The position numbers and the translations under genes are program-made. From Histomonas meleagridis 2922-C6/04-290x (taxonomy: Eukaryota > Protista > Parabasalia): a DNA stretch of 64,000 bases. The stretch covers positions 24,107 through 88,106 of the forward strand of contig JAANOX010000138.1 of NCBI GenBank assembly GCA_020184695.1, in the 5' to 3' direction. Shown piece by piece: positions 1 through 10,592 of this stretch (its first letter is position 1; each line of letters opens with the position of its first letter). The notes below the pieces were generated by a model. It saw only the letters and a program-made list of their open reading frames with translations, was not told the origin of the DNA and did no database searches.

Positions 1-606
1 CATTAAAGAAACAATAGCAGTAATATCAGTTAACTTAAGAGATTTAAATATTTAAGTAGACACCCAAAAATTCGAATAAAAAAATAAAAAAATAAATAAA
101 GAAAAAATCACTTCACATTATTTTTTTCACTTAATCAAAATTTCAATCATTCATAAAAATCCATGCAAAAAATATTTTTATTTAACAATCACAGTTTTTT
201 AAATAACAAATCATATATTTTTATTCATAAATAAATAAAGACCACCGCCATCTTATATAAAAAGTTGCACTCGATTTATTATCGACTAAGTTGATTTTTT
301 CATATATTTTCACTTTTTCTCAAAATTTTTAATGAAAATGATAAAGGATAATAGTTTAGAAAATAAACACATATAATATACAACATTACTATATAGAAAA
401 TAATCCAAAATTCCATAAAAAGTATGGTCGAAATCAGATCGAATTTCGAAAGATTGTACAGTCGAAATTTCGAAAAGAGGGTATTTTTGTAATCTCCTCC
501 CAATGTTATCCTTAACATAAAATTATCGTTGAAAAAATATTGCAGGATTTTGAGTTTTGGTACCTCTCACTTTTATATTCAAAACATCATTAAACGGCTT
601 TTCTAG

Positions 607-1545
607 ATGGAACCAAAAATTTCAGAAGAAACAAAAATTAAAATCATAAATGGTGTATTAGGGTATGGTTTGCCATATTGTCAAGTATTTGTACCTGGGC
701 TTGAAAAATTCACACAAAAACAAATTGAAGATATATTCAACGATTTACTCATCAATGGATTTCCAAATGAAATGCAAGGGAGGGTTGATGTTCCTCCATT
801 TTCTGTAGAAGAAGATTTTGCATTGTTGCTTTATTCGCAATCAAATGAATTTGATTCAGTTGAAGCTTTTGCAAAGGCAAACCCAAATGTTTTTAAGCAA
901 TTCCGCACAAGGGCATCTCTTCGCAAAAGAGTTGCAGCCATTAAACAAATGAATCCAAAAGAAACAAAAACCATAATTAAAAAATACGCAAAACAATGTG
1001 TAATCAATGATATGCAACTTCACTCCAAAAAAGCTAAAAATGTTTCATCCAATGTGCATCTTTTAACAACTTCAACATGTCCATTTAATAATGTAAACAG
1101 AACTATAATTAACAAACGAATAGACCCGGAAATTTCATCTCTAACAAAATCACTTCCTTTTTTGACCATGGGGATTTTTGAGGAAAATGATCTTGCAATT
1201 TTGATGACAGAAAGATTACGTTTTCATATGAAAAGTTGTTACATTACAATAGGTAGGTCATCTCAGTGTGACTGCGTTAATGTTAATCTTTCTTTTTGTG
1301 AACCAAATGTTTGCAATCATGTTTCTAGAGTTCATGCAATTCTTCATTTTATGCCAGATTGTAACTTCTACTTAGAAAACATAGGAAAGACCATTTTCAG
1401 AGTAAATGGAGTCATTATTAATCCAAAGGGAATTACAAAATTGGCTGATGCTTCTTTGATTGATTTCAGTGAAGTTCTTCTGATTTTTTTTGTTAATAAT
1501 ACACTCATTGAAAAAATAACAAATGAGCTAAAATCGAATGAATAA
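607..1545 (+). CDS. FHA-domain protein, microspherule protein (MCRS1)-like C-terminus
   Basis: 312-aa ORF; C-terminal ITIGRSS..VSRVHAILHF..FYLENIGK..FRVNG matches the FHA signature. Confidence 0.7.
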   Translation: MEPKISEETKIKIINGVLGYGLPYCQVFVPGLEKFTQKQIEDIFNDLLINGFPNEMQGRVDVPPFSVEEDFALLLYSQSNEFDSVEAFAKANPNVFKQFRTRASLRKRVAAIKQMNPKETKTIIKKYAKQCVINDMQLHSKKAKNVSSNVHLLTTSTCPFNNVNRTIINKRIDPEISSLTKSLPFLTMGIFEENDLAILMTERLRFHMKSCYITIGRSSQCDCVNVNLSFCEPNVCNHVSRVHAILHFMPDCNFYLENIGKTIFRVNGVIINPKGITKLADASLIDFSEVLLIFFVNNTLIEKITNELKSNE

Positions 1546-1657
1546 AAACTATGTAAAGTAAAAAAATGTTTTTTTTTTTTTTTTAAATTTAGAATCTCAT
1601 CAAAAAACGTTAAAATTAAACGGTCTCTATATGAATATAGAATTTATTCAAAGATAA

Positions 1658-2146
1658 TTATTCATCTTGGTTCAAGTTTTGATACTCCGTAGGATTCATT
1701 GATGATCTATAATAAAAGAATTGAAGGATTCCTGCAATAGCTACGTTAGCTGCAAAGAAAAAAAAGAATGAATAAACTAAAGCAGTTGCAGAGTTAGGAT
1801 GAATAGGCTTGACATTGCTTGCAAGCAATACATTCATATTTTCGTTTGGTTTTGCTTTTAATCCAAAAATTGCATATTGGGATGAATCAGAAAGAAAAAC
1901 TTGGTTTGAGGTAACTTTTGTGCTGTTGGTAGTTGGACATTCATGGCCATAGTTATAATATATTTCTTCTGTTTGGTTATTTCCTGAATATGCTTTAACA
2001 TTTACAGTATGTCCGAAGTCACCAAAACCTACTCCGAAATATGCCCACCCATTTTCATCTGTTTGAACTTCCTTAAATTCACCATGGATGTCAAATGGAA
2101 CTATGTTACAATTCCTGATAAAAAGGAGTGGCAACACCCAAAGCAT
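1658..2146 (-). CDS. small single-pass membrane protein, unknown function
   Basis: ATG at 2146 gives hydrophobic MLWVLPLLFI N-terminus; C-terminal hydrophobic segment ALVYSFFFFFAANVAIAGILQFFYY; the ORF-track extension upstream is low-complexity. Confidence 0.6.
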   Translation of the reverse strand: MLWVLPLLFIRNCNIVPFDIHGEFKEVQTDENGWAYFGVGFGDFGHTVNVKAYSGNNQTEEIYYNYGHECPTTNSTKVTSNQVFLSDSSQYAIFGLKAKPNENMNVLLASNVKPIHPNSATALVYSFFFFFAANVAIAGILQFFYYRSSMNPTEYQNLNQDE

Positions 2147-2368
2147 AATTAACCGAACTAACGATAGCACATCCACTTTTTGATATATTTGAGAGATCTC
2201 ATAGAATAAAAGCTTTATGGATAACGATAGAATTCTATAAAATATTTTTGTACTCAAACGATTAATTTTCAAACAAAATGCTGGACCTTGTGGAGCAACA
2301 TATTTGAAAGGTTTTTTCTGTTTATCTACCTTTTTGAATACCAATATTGCTCAAATTTGAAAGTCCAA

Positions 2369-3190
2369 ATGAGCCTCTACCAATCTGGAAACATTACAAA
2401 GCCTGAAAACATTTGTATGCAAGAATTTATCGAAAAAGAGTTGAACATATCCGCACCTGAACTTGGCGATGAAGTTAGAAAGAAATTGGCAAATATAGCT
2501 TTGGGATTTTTCGAAAATAAGATTTCTATGACTGCCGCATTAACAGTATTTTCCGAATGCTCATGTCCAGCAACTGTAATAACAAAACTTGCACATGTTA
2601 AGGCATCTGGTTATAAGCCTCTTCCCGTCAAAAAACTGACAGTTGATAATCTTAAAACAGCTTTGATGCCAACTCGAAAAAAGAGTGCTGTATGGAAAGC
2701 AGATGAAGACATGCGTTTACTTACAGCAATTTCTCGTTATGGCACACATGATTGGGTAATGATTTCTGCATTTGTTGGCAATGGAAGAACCTCATCACAA
2801 TGTAATCAAAGGTGGACGCGTGCCCTTAATCCAGCCATTTCAAGAGAGCCATGGTCAGCTGAAGAAGATCAAAAACTCATAAATATTGTTAATCAATTGG
2901 GCGAATATGGTTGGAGAAGAATTGCATCACAGATTCCAGGGAGAACAGACTTGCAATGTAGACACAGATATCTTCAATTAAAACGAATTTCAAATCAGAA
3001 TAAAATATCAGAACCTCAAACAACAACAACAACAAATAAGACACACATCACGCTCCCAAGCCTCGCGCCTACATTTGACGGCTCTAATCCGATTTCCATG
3101 TTTCCTATTAATTTTCCATTGTTCAATTCAACATTAGATGCAACAGCTCCTCCGCTGATTGTAAAGAGAGGAAATTTGTCGTTACCATGA
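2369..3190 (+). CDS. R2R3 Myb-like DNA-binding protein
   Basis: two tandem Myb repeats WKADEDMRLL..YGTHDW..RTSSQCNQRW and WSAEEDQKL..GW..IPGRTDLQCRHRY; likely start MSLYQ at 2369. Confidence 0.85.
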   Translation: MSLYQSGNITKPENICMQEFIEKELNISAPELGDEVRKKLANIALGFFENKISMTAALTVFSECSCPATVITKLAHVKASGYKPLPVKKLTVDNLKTALMPTRKKSAVWKADEDMRLLTAISRYGTHDWVMISAFVGNGRTSSQCNQRWTRALNPAISREPWSAEEDQKLINIVNQLGEYGWRRIASQIPGRTDLQCRHRYLQLKRISNQNKISEPQTTTTTNKTHITLPSLAPTFDGSNPISMFPINFPLFNSTLDATAPPLIVKRGNLSLP

Positions 3191-3570
3191 GAAATAACTT
3201 TTAGCGAAAATAAAATGTAATATATAATTTATCGTTTGGAAAAAAGATTATTTTGATTTATAATATTTTTACTGTTGGAATTAATATTTTCTATTTGAAG
3301 TGTAAAAAATCTGAATGAAGTTTGATATAAACTCATTAATTTTCCTTATCCAAATTCATTTTAAGTTGTATTTCTTAGATGAATTTATTAAGAAAAGAAA
3401 AAAGAACAAATTGTGCATAAAAGATTTGATTTTTATATCAATTATCTTCTTTACGTTGCAAATATCTTGCAAAAAAATAACTAAAATTTATAGCAATTAA
3501 GCGAAATAATTTACAAAAAGATGAAAACGAAACAGTAACAAATCGAATACAAAAATATTTATAACAAAAA

Positions 3571-4965
3571 TCAGTCGCTCATATCCTGAATCGCAGCAGC
3601 ATTATGAGATTTTGTTTTAAATGATCCATGGACAACATTATATGCTCCTGGCCCAGGGAAATTGTCCACATTTCTATTTTCTCGGTAAGTTCTTGGAATT
3701 GTTCTTCCTTTTTCGAGATCACTATCTAATTTCTGATATGAATCTGGAGATGGTGTCTCTATTTTAGATGACTCAATCCAATCTCCATGTTTCTCAAACC
3801 TTGACTCATGGATTGACATTGGTATATGATGTGCTGAGTCTGTGATTTGTGGTGAATAACTTCCAGGACCAGGATTAGAGTTATCAACTTTCCTTGAGCG
3901 TGATGCGCATGACTTAAAGACGCTACTAGGACGATATTCATGATCCCAAAGTGGAGTTGTATTATATTTACCTGGTCCAGGAACCCATTCTTTTGAATCC
4001 ACCGAACGCGATTGAGCCCTTGGTAAAGCACTATGTTTATTTTTAACCCACTTAGAGTTGGTATTATAAGAACCTGGCCCTGGGTTGCGATTAAGAGGTT
4101 GAAGCGAATGACGATCAGAATACAGCTCAAAACCACCGCCGATAGAATTCTGACGGCGGTTATAACGATAGTATGCTGCAGGGCCCGGGGTCGAATCCCG
4201 TGTGTCGAATATTTTTCTTTCTCCGCGATATTTGAACATTGGACTTGATTCTTGCTCTGGTGTAACCCAAACTTTAGGGCTAACGAAGCCAGAAGATCCA
4301 CCATCAGATACGCGATTGTTTCTAGGAACAGGTGATATTGCAACAGGAATTTTGGAGTTGATATCTGAAGGCGAATAAGACCCTGGACCAGGATTGCTTT
4401 CTCTGTTAAGAAATAAATCGCGTTTACTGCTCCTGTCGAGAGAAATTGATAAAGATGTTTTTTTGGGATTATTGGTATCATACGAACCTGGCCCAATCCA
4501 TTCTGGTCCATGCTTAACCTGTTTCACAGGAACCCAATTACCATCACCACTTTGAATGTACCCAATTACATCCTGTCCAACATAACCACTTGAAGTTTTT
4601 CTTGTCGGAAGATTTGTTCTTGATACTTTTTTTGGATGTTTTCCAACCCATTCTTCGATGTGTCCATATTGTGCAGGTGATGGTGTTGATATTGTTGGGA
4701 AAACATCTCTTTTACTTTCTGAATTAAAAACCGATGTTATTGCCACACTTTGATTAAGAGGTTTAGCTTCATATTTTCCTGGAGCTGGGTTGTCGTCTGT
4801 TTTTGTGAGACACATATCACGTGAAGCTCTCGATCCAAATGGAGCCTTCATTTTCTTTTTATTACCAATTTCAGACGTAACATTATATTTCCCAGGCCCT
4901 ACTTCTTCTGGTGTATTTTTTATAACATTAGAAAATTTTCTTTCTGAGCCAAGGGAAAATAACAT
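3571..4965 (-). CDS. sperm-tail PG-rich repeat (STPG/SHIPPO) axonemal protein
   Basis: many PGPG-x-Y repeats (PAPGKY, PGPGSY, PGPAAY, PGPGKY, PGPGAY); first ATG at 4965, ORF-track start is GTG. Confidence 0.75.
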   Translation of the reverse strand: MLFSLGSERKFSNVIKNTPEEVGPGKYNVTSEIGNKKKMKAPFGSRASRDMCLTKTDDNPAPGKYEAKPLNQSVAITSVFNSESKRDVFPTISTPSPAQYGHIEEWVGKHPKKVSRTNLPTRKTSSGYVGQDVIGYIQSGDGNWVPVKQVKHGPEWIGPGSYDTNNPKKTSLSISLDRSSKRDLFLNRESNPGPGSYSPSDINSKIPVAISPVPRNNRVSDGGSSGFVSPKVWVTPEQESSPMFKYRGERKIFDTRDSTPGPAAYYRYNRRQNSIGGGFELYSDRHSLQPLNRNPGPGSYNTNSKWVKNKHSALPRAQSRSVDSKEWVPGPGKYNTTPLWDHEYRPSSVFKSCASRSRKVDNSNPGPGSYSPQITDSAHHIPMSIHESRFEKHGDWIESSKIETPSPDSYQKLDSDLEKGRTIPRTYRENRNVDNFPGPGAYNVVHGSFKTKSHNAAAIQDMSD

Positions 4966-5058
4966 TTTTTTGGAGGATAACGTATTGTAGGGGCACCCCA
5001 AACCGTTTCCGTTCACGTTTACAACGTAAAATGTTCACCTAAATCTGGCTGTCAAAAA

Positions 5059-6411
5059 ATGTTCGGTTCGTTTGGAGGCGATCTCACTGGGAATGAATTT
5101 ATATTTAAAGATAAACATTTAGTTATCGACCGAAAAATATTTGAAGGTGGTTATGGTGTTATTTACTTAGCAAAAGATTCTGATGGGAAAAATTGTGCAC
5201 TCAAGATCTTACAAGTACCTGATAAAGAACGTTATATAATGGCATCTAATGAATACAAATATCATTATGAATGTTCATTACATCAAAACGTTGTTTCAAT
5301 CTATGGAATGATTGAAAACAAAAATGAAAACAAAATGATAATTTTGATGGAGTTTTGTGAAGATAATTTGGTTAACCAAATGAACAAAGTTTTCGGAACA
5401 GGATTTGATGACAAAAAAATTGTTGAAATTTTCTCTCAGATTTGTGAAGCTGTTAACTTTATTCATTCTTGTGGAATTATCCATCGTGACTTAAAACCAG
5501 AAAATGTATTATGGAATGAAGGAAAATGGAAATTATGTGATTTTGGATCAGCCACAAATAAAGTATATGATTTGGCAAATACTGATGAATTTAATGAAGC
5601 TTCATTAGATATAGAAAAAAATACTACACCAATATATCGATCACCAGAAATGTGTGATTTATATCGAGGTCAAAAAATTGATTCAAAGTCTGACATTTGG
5701 GCACTTGGATGTATTTTATATAAGCTTTGTACATTCCAAGATCCTTTTCCAGAATCAAATCTTCAAATTTTAAATATAAATTACAAATGGCCCGAAAGTA
5801 AAAAGATCAATCCAAGTTTCAAAGAAATTGTAAGGTGCATATTTAAGTCGAACCCAAATGAAAGACCTACAGCTCGAGAACTATTGGGAAAGCTGTATTC
5901 TTATTTCCCAGATCTCATCGAGAAAAAGTGGGAAATCAAAACCCAAACAAACACAGTCAATTTTGATAATCCGTTTGGACTTTTTGAGAATGTAAAGCAA
6001 ACAAAAGTCATCCAAGATAAAGTATCTTCTTCAAGAAGCTCTGACTTTAAAAACCCTAATATTGGATTTCAATTTGATGGAGAAGAAGAGAAATCACCTG
6101 AAAAAGTAGATCCCGTTGATAAAGATATGAGCAATCGATGGAATTTTAGCTCATTTAACCAAGATCCATTTGCAAATGCTTCACAAAATAATATGAAAGT
6201 TGATCCATTTGCTACTGCCTCACAAAGCAATACACAGATTGATCCATTTGCTGCCGCTTCAAACGTAGATCCGTTTGCTAACCCATTTGGTAATACATCT
6301 GTTGACCCATTCGCGGCTACTCCAAATGTAGATCCGTTTGCTGCGGCTGCAAATGTAAAAGGTACTCCGCCTGTAGATCCATTTGCTAATGACCCATTTG
6401 CACAAAAATAA
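5059..6411 (+). CDS. NAK (AAK1/BIKE-like) Ser/Thr kinase with DPF/NPF-rich tail
   Basis: EGGYGVIY, HRDLKPENVL, LCDFGSA, NTTPIYRSPEM motifs; tail with repeated DPFA/NPF. Confidence 0.85.
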   Translation: MFGSFGGDLTGNEFIFKDKHLVIDRKIFEGGYGVIYLAKDSDGKNCALKILQVPDKERYIMASNEYKYHYECSLHQNVVSIYGMIENKNENKMIILMEFCEDNLVNQMNKVFGTGFDDKKIVEIFSQICEAVNFIHSCGIIHRDLKPENVLWNEGKWKLCDFGSATNKVYDLANTDEFNEASLDIEKNTTPIYRSPEMCDLYRGQKIDSKSDIWALGCILYKLCTFQDPFPESNLQILNINYKWPESKKINPSFKEIVRCIFKSNPNERPTARELLGKLYSYFPDLIEKKWEIKTQTNTVNFDNPFGLFENVKQTKVIQDKVSSSRSSDFKNPNIGFQFDGEEEKSPEKVDPVDKDMSNRWNFSSFNQDPFANASQNNMKVDPFATASQSNTQIDPFAAASNVDPFANPFGNTSVDPFAATPNVDPFAAAANVKGTPPVDPFANDPFAQK

Positions 6412-6908
6412 AATGTGTTTTCATGATTTATAGAACTAAAAATAATTTTATAAAATCAACATGAAGTATTTGCTTAAAGAAAATCGTGTAAAACAATTCC
6501 TTTGCGGATTCCATAAAACATTGAAAAAAATGCCATTTTAGTTGATGATAAGAAAGCACATTGAAACTGATGGTTTTCTTTAAATACATTTTATCTTTTA
6601 ATTTTTTTTGGAGACTTTGTGCTCCTTAAAATTATTCCATCTTGAGCTTATATATAAGAGAGTAGCTTATATATGAGATTTTATTAAAGTATTATTGAAA
6701 ATTGGCTCTTATCTCATCTGCTTTGTTTTGATCACGTTATTGCTCATTCAATGATTTTCTTTTTGTTCTGGTTAAATTAACCAAAAAAATTTGAAATTTT
6801 ACACATGTTGTAAATTTTTTGAATGCAATCCGGTGGTTTTTTCTGATGTTTACATAAGAACGATTATTTTTATCACAAAAACGAAGGGCCTTAGCTAAGG
6901 TACCTCCA

Positions 6909-7880
6909 ATGAAGATTGGCTCTTTGGCATTTTTCCAAAATGAAAGCTCTAAAGAGAAAATTGGCGAATTTGAAAAAGCAATTGTAATTGGAAAGGGAAC
7001 ATTTGGAACTGTTTTTAAAGCTCAAACAGCAGATGGTAAATTATATGCTATAAAAAAAGTTCTGCAGGACCCACACTATAAAAACAGAGAGCTTTCTATA
7101 CTTAAAGAAGTAAATCATCCAAATTGTCTCAAGCTAATCGATTATTATGTTACAACTGAAGGTGAACCACAACAATTATACTTACATATAATAACAGATT
7201 GTTTTCCAACAGATCTATCTTTTTACCTTCGGAAAGAAAAAGGTAATATTAGTAATGACATTATCAAAATATTTTCATATCAAATTTTTCGAGCTCTTTC
7301 ATATCTACACAAGATCGGCATATGCCACCGTGATATTAAGCCATCTAACATTCTCATAAATCCTGAAAATGGAAAACTGGGTATCTGTGATTTTGGATCA
7401 GCCAAGAAAATTCAATCTAATGAACCCAGTGTTTCCTACATAGCTACACGTAACTATAGAGCCCCGGAACTCCTCTTTGATTGTCGGTATTACAATTATC
7501 CAGTTGACATATGGGCAGCTGGATGCATCGTTGCTGAGTTTGTCAATGGTGGAACACCAATCTTTCGTGGTAAGTCCAATGATTATATGATCCGTTCCAT
7601 GATAAACATTATTGGAACCCCAACTGAATCTGATTTAAATGAATATGGGAACTCAAAGGTATGTCCTAATATAAAAAGAGAAAGAAGACCAATTCAAGAA
7701 GCACTATCAAGCAATGCTGATCCCCAACTGCTTGATTTGCTTGAACATATATTTGTATATTCACCTTCAAAACGAATCACTGCTGAACAGTGCTTAAATC
7801 ATCCTTTCTTTGATGGCATTAGGAAAGGGAATTTAAAGCTCCCAAATAACAAAATTTTTGTTCTTGAACCTGAAACTTAA
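6909..7880 (+). CDS. CMGC kinase, GSK3/shaggy-like
   Basis: GKGTFGTV, AIKKVLQDPHYKNREL, CHRDIKPSN, CDFGSAK, SVSYIATRNYRAPEL are GSK3-family motifs. Confidence 0.85.
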   Translation: MKIGSLAFFQNESSKEKIGEFEKAIVIGKGTFGTVFKAQTADGKLYAIKKVLQDPHYKNRELSILKEVNHPNCLKLIDYYVTTEGEPQQLYLHIITDCFPTDLSFYLRKEKGNISNDIIKIFSYQIFRALSYLHKIGICHRDIKPSNILINPENGKLGICDFGSAKKIQSNEPSVSYIATRNYRAPELLFDCRYYNYPVDIWAAGCIVAEFVNGGTPIFRGKSNDYMIRSMINIIGTPTESDLNEYGNSKVCPNIKRERRPIQEALSSNADPQLLDLLEHIFVYSPSKRITAEQCLNHPFFDGIRKGNLKLPNNKIFVLEPET

Positions 7881-7966
7881 CGTTCGAATGGATGATAGAA
7901 TATTTTCAGAACTGAAAAACGGCTTTGCTTTGAATTTTCTATTAGGGTTGAAAATTCAGTTGTTTA

Positions 7967-8617
7967 TTAAATCGTATCGGCGCCTGACCATTCTTCAAAG
8001 AATTTACTGAGAAAATCACACATGTACTGATGCCTTAACTCTGCTATCCTTTTACCGCTTTGTGTTTGCATACGGTCTTTGAGAAGGAGAAGTTTCTCAT
8101 AAAAATGAGAAATGCTTGATCCACGATGATTTCGATATTCTTCTTCTGTAGAACTTAGAACGGGTTTTTCGTTGGGAGTGTATATTGGATTACCGACATG
8201 CCCTCCGTAAGCAAAACAACGAGCAATTCCAATTGCACCTATTGCATCAAGACGATCAGCATCTTGTACCACTTTTCCTTCAATAGATGACATTGGAGTA
8301 GGAACTCCAGCTCCTTTGTATGATATATTATCAATTATATCAAGAATTTTAGATATTTTTTCATCAGATATATCAACATCTTTCATGACTTGAATCATTT
8401 CTTGTCTAGCACCAGCTTGGTCAGTACAAATTTTACAATCTGTAATATCATGAAGAAGAGCAGCACAAGAAACAATTTCAAGATCACAATTTCCTTCGCT
8501 CTCAGCAATCTTTAAAGCGACGTTTCTAACACGTATGCAGTGATAAACGTCATGGCCTGAAGTTTCAACGCCCAGTTTTTTATGAACAAATTCTTCAATT
8601 TTAACTGTTTTGTTCAT
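7967..8617 (-). CDS. HD-domain phosphohydrolase, bacterial COG1418-type
   Basis: HDVYHCIRV, AALLHD, VQDADRLDAIGAIGIARCFAYGG, HFYEKLLLLKDRM; likely start MNKTV at 8617. Confidence 0.85.
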   Translation of the reverse strand: MNKTVKIEEFVHKKLGVETSGHDVYHCIRVRNVALKIAESEGNCDLEIVSCAALLHDITDCKICTDQAGARQEMIQVMKDVDISDEKISKILDIIDNISYKGAGVPTPMSSIEGKVVQDADRLDAIGAIGIARCFAYGGHVGNPIYTPNEKPVLSSTEEEYRNHRGSSISHFYEKLLLLKDRMQTQSGKRIAELRHQYMCDFLSKFFEEWSGADTI

Positions 8618-8751
8618 TCTCAGACATTTGATGTAAAAAATTGTTTTTTTAAGTGGTTTTAAATAGTTTATTTTGGTCAAAATTGTGGCTCGTTTGGTCA
8701 AGTGACAACCGTCCAGCCAAATCAAAACTTTACATACCGAACAGCCTCGTC

Positions 8752-10146
8752 ATGGGTTCTCCCCTGCTCAATACCATCGCTTCTTTAATTCAGACATTTG
8801 GGCCAATGCTCATTATCATTGTTTTTAACGTTTTGTTATATCCGATTTCTCGTTATATTTTACCGAAATTATCCCGAAAACAAAATTTATGGTTTCATGT
8901 TATTCTTGGATTAGCACTCGCAATAGCAATGTTCGGTATCGAGTTCTTCATACCACTTATTATGGCAGTTTCAACATATTTTATGCTCGAATTAAATCCT
9001 TTAATTACAATTATTTATAGCTTTGTATTCAGCTCTGCTTCTAACGTTTACTGTATGGTTACTATTGCTAAGGGATGGAAATGGATGGTAAACAGTATGA
9101 CTTTAATAATGTTCCAAAAAATTATGACAACGGCCTTAGATCTTTACCATGGCAGGAAGTTAAAGAAAGGAGAAAAGATACGTCCATTCCATGAACGTGT
9201 AGCTCTCGATAAAAAGATGAGTTTAGTCGAATGGATATCATACACATTTACACCATATGGTGCAACATCAGGTCCAAACTTCAATTATAAGATACACGAA
9301 TACATTCTTGAAACAGGCACACGTCCACATGTTTCTGATGATTCAATATCACATAAATATGCGAAAAAGCGCTTCATAATGATTCCAGTTTGGGTCATTC
9401 TTACCATTGTTGCCATGAAAATCACGCCAATATCTTTCTATAGCAAGCCTTTCTATGTTAATTCACCCGCAATAATAAGATTACTTTTAACCATTTTCTG
9501 TACATTTTTCCATACCATCCGATACTTCGTTGCCTGGCAATCAGTTGAAGCTGGTATTTATGAAACTGGAGCAGGAGAATCAGGCTTATGTGAAATTGAT
9601 GACATTTCCAATTTGAACATCTTTGAAGTTCTCACAAGTGACACCATTGCCATATGGCTTCAACGATGGAATCATTCAGCGCATATCTTTTGGAAGCGAT
9701 ATTTATTATATCCTTTACTTGATCATGGCTGTCCATATTGGCTTGCAAATCCAATGGTTCTTGGCGTGTCTGCAATGTGGCATGGCTTTAATCCTGTTTA
9801 TTATCTTCTTTTGCCTGAAATGATTGCGGCGCAAAAAGCGGATTTGTTAATACATCAAATGTTTGGTGATGTGGCAAATGTCGGGCCGATAGTAGTACGT
9901 TTAATTTATCGTTTTTGGATATGGATGTCAATGTTTAATGCGACTTCGACATGGTGGTATAGGACTTTCGACTCGTTCTTCTTCGTAAGAAGGTCAAATG
10001 GTTACTTGGGTACAATTTTGACATTTGGAACTTATGGTGTTATGTTAATATTATCTCTTATTATTAAGAAACCTCAAAAGAAGAATAATGAAGATAAAAA
10101 AGATGAAGATAAGAAGAAAATAGAGACAAAACCAAAAAGTGAATAA
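8752..10146 (+). CDS. MBOAT family membrane-bound O-acyltransferase (lysophospholipid acyltransferase-like)
   Basis: multiple TM segments, WLQRWN..W.KRY and SAMWHG catalytic-His motif; likely start MGSPL at 8752. Confidence 0.85.
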   Translation: MGSPLLNTIASLIQTFGPMLIIIVFNVLLYPISRYILPKLSRKQNLWFHVILGLALAIAMFGIEFFIPLIMAVSTYFMLELNPLITIIYSFVFSSASNVYCMVTIAKGWKWMVNSMTLIMFQKIMTTALDLYHGRKLKKGEKIRPFHERVALDKKMSLVEWISYTFTPYGATSGPNFNYKIHEYILETGTRPHVSDDSISHKYAKKRFIMIPVWVILTIVAMKITPISFYSKPFYVNSPAIIRLLLTIFCTFFHTIRYFVAWQSVEAGIYETGAGESGLCEIDDISNLNIFEVLTSDTIAIWLQRWNHSAHIFWKRYLLYPLLDHGCPYWLANPMVLGVSAMWHGFNPVYYLLLPEMIAAQKADLLIHQMFGDVANVGPIVVRLIYRFWIWMSMFNATSTWWYRTFDSFFFVRRSNGYLGTILTFGTYGVMLILSLIIKKPQKKNNEDKKDEDKKKIETKPKSE

Positions 10147-10592
10147 ATTTTTTAATATGGATGGAATTTATTTTTACGTAATAAAAATAATCGCTTAGGA
10201 ATATTTGTGACGATAAATGTAATAAATGTATTTTTGCGTTGTGAGAATTTTTTACGTTGAATTAAGCGCTTTGGTAAAATGAATAGATATCGAAATGAAT
10301 ATGTTTGAAACTTATTTCAAATCAATTATATAACTTATTTTAATTTGCTTACAATATTTACAATAAATCCAACCAAATGAAAGTTAAAAATAATATATGA
10401 GCTGCAATAATTATTAATATCAAACAGTAATGCTTCTATACAAAGTTTTCCAATTCCTTCAATGCATTCCTGTGCATGTGTTAAATTTATCATTGCATTT
10501 CCAAATGATTTTCATTTTGTATTTAATTTCACGCAACAAAACATTTTATTCGTTCCTAATTTATAAATAATTTTTTATTTCATTAAAAATAT

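Noticed and set aside
3759-4511. 250-aa overlapping ORF and the many other short antisense/overlapping ORFs in the track
   Set aside because: Shadow frames of real genes or AT-rich low-complexity reads with no recognisable motifs.
6543-6570. Box C (TGATGA) and box D (CTGA) pair suggesting a snoRNA
   Set aside because: Only 28 nt apart, with no terminal stem or obvious rRNA guide.
6889-6900. 12-bp palindrome CCTTAGCTAAGG upstream of the GSK3-like gene
   Set aside because: A single short palindrome is compatible with chance in 64 kb.
8653-8751. Overlap between HD and MBOAT genes implied by the ORF track (also 2288-2344 and 48825-48840)
   Set aside because: Arises from upstream TTG/GTG or weak starts; ATG starts at 8617 and 8752 give a normal short divergent promoter.
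10330-10520. Short protein-like minus-strand reading between MBOAT and IFT81
   Set aside because: No start codon context or recognisable motif; too short to call.
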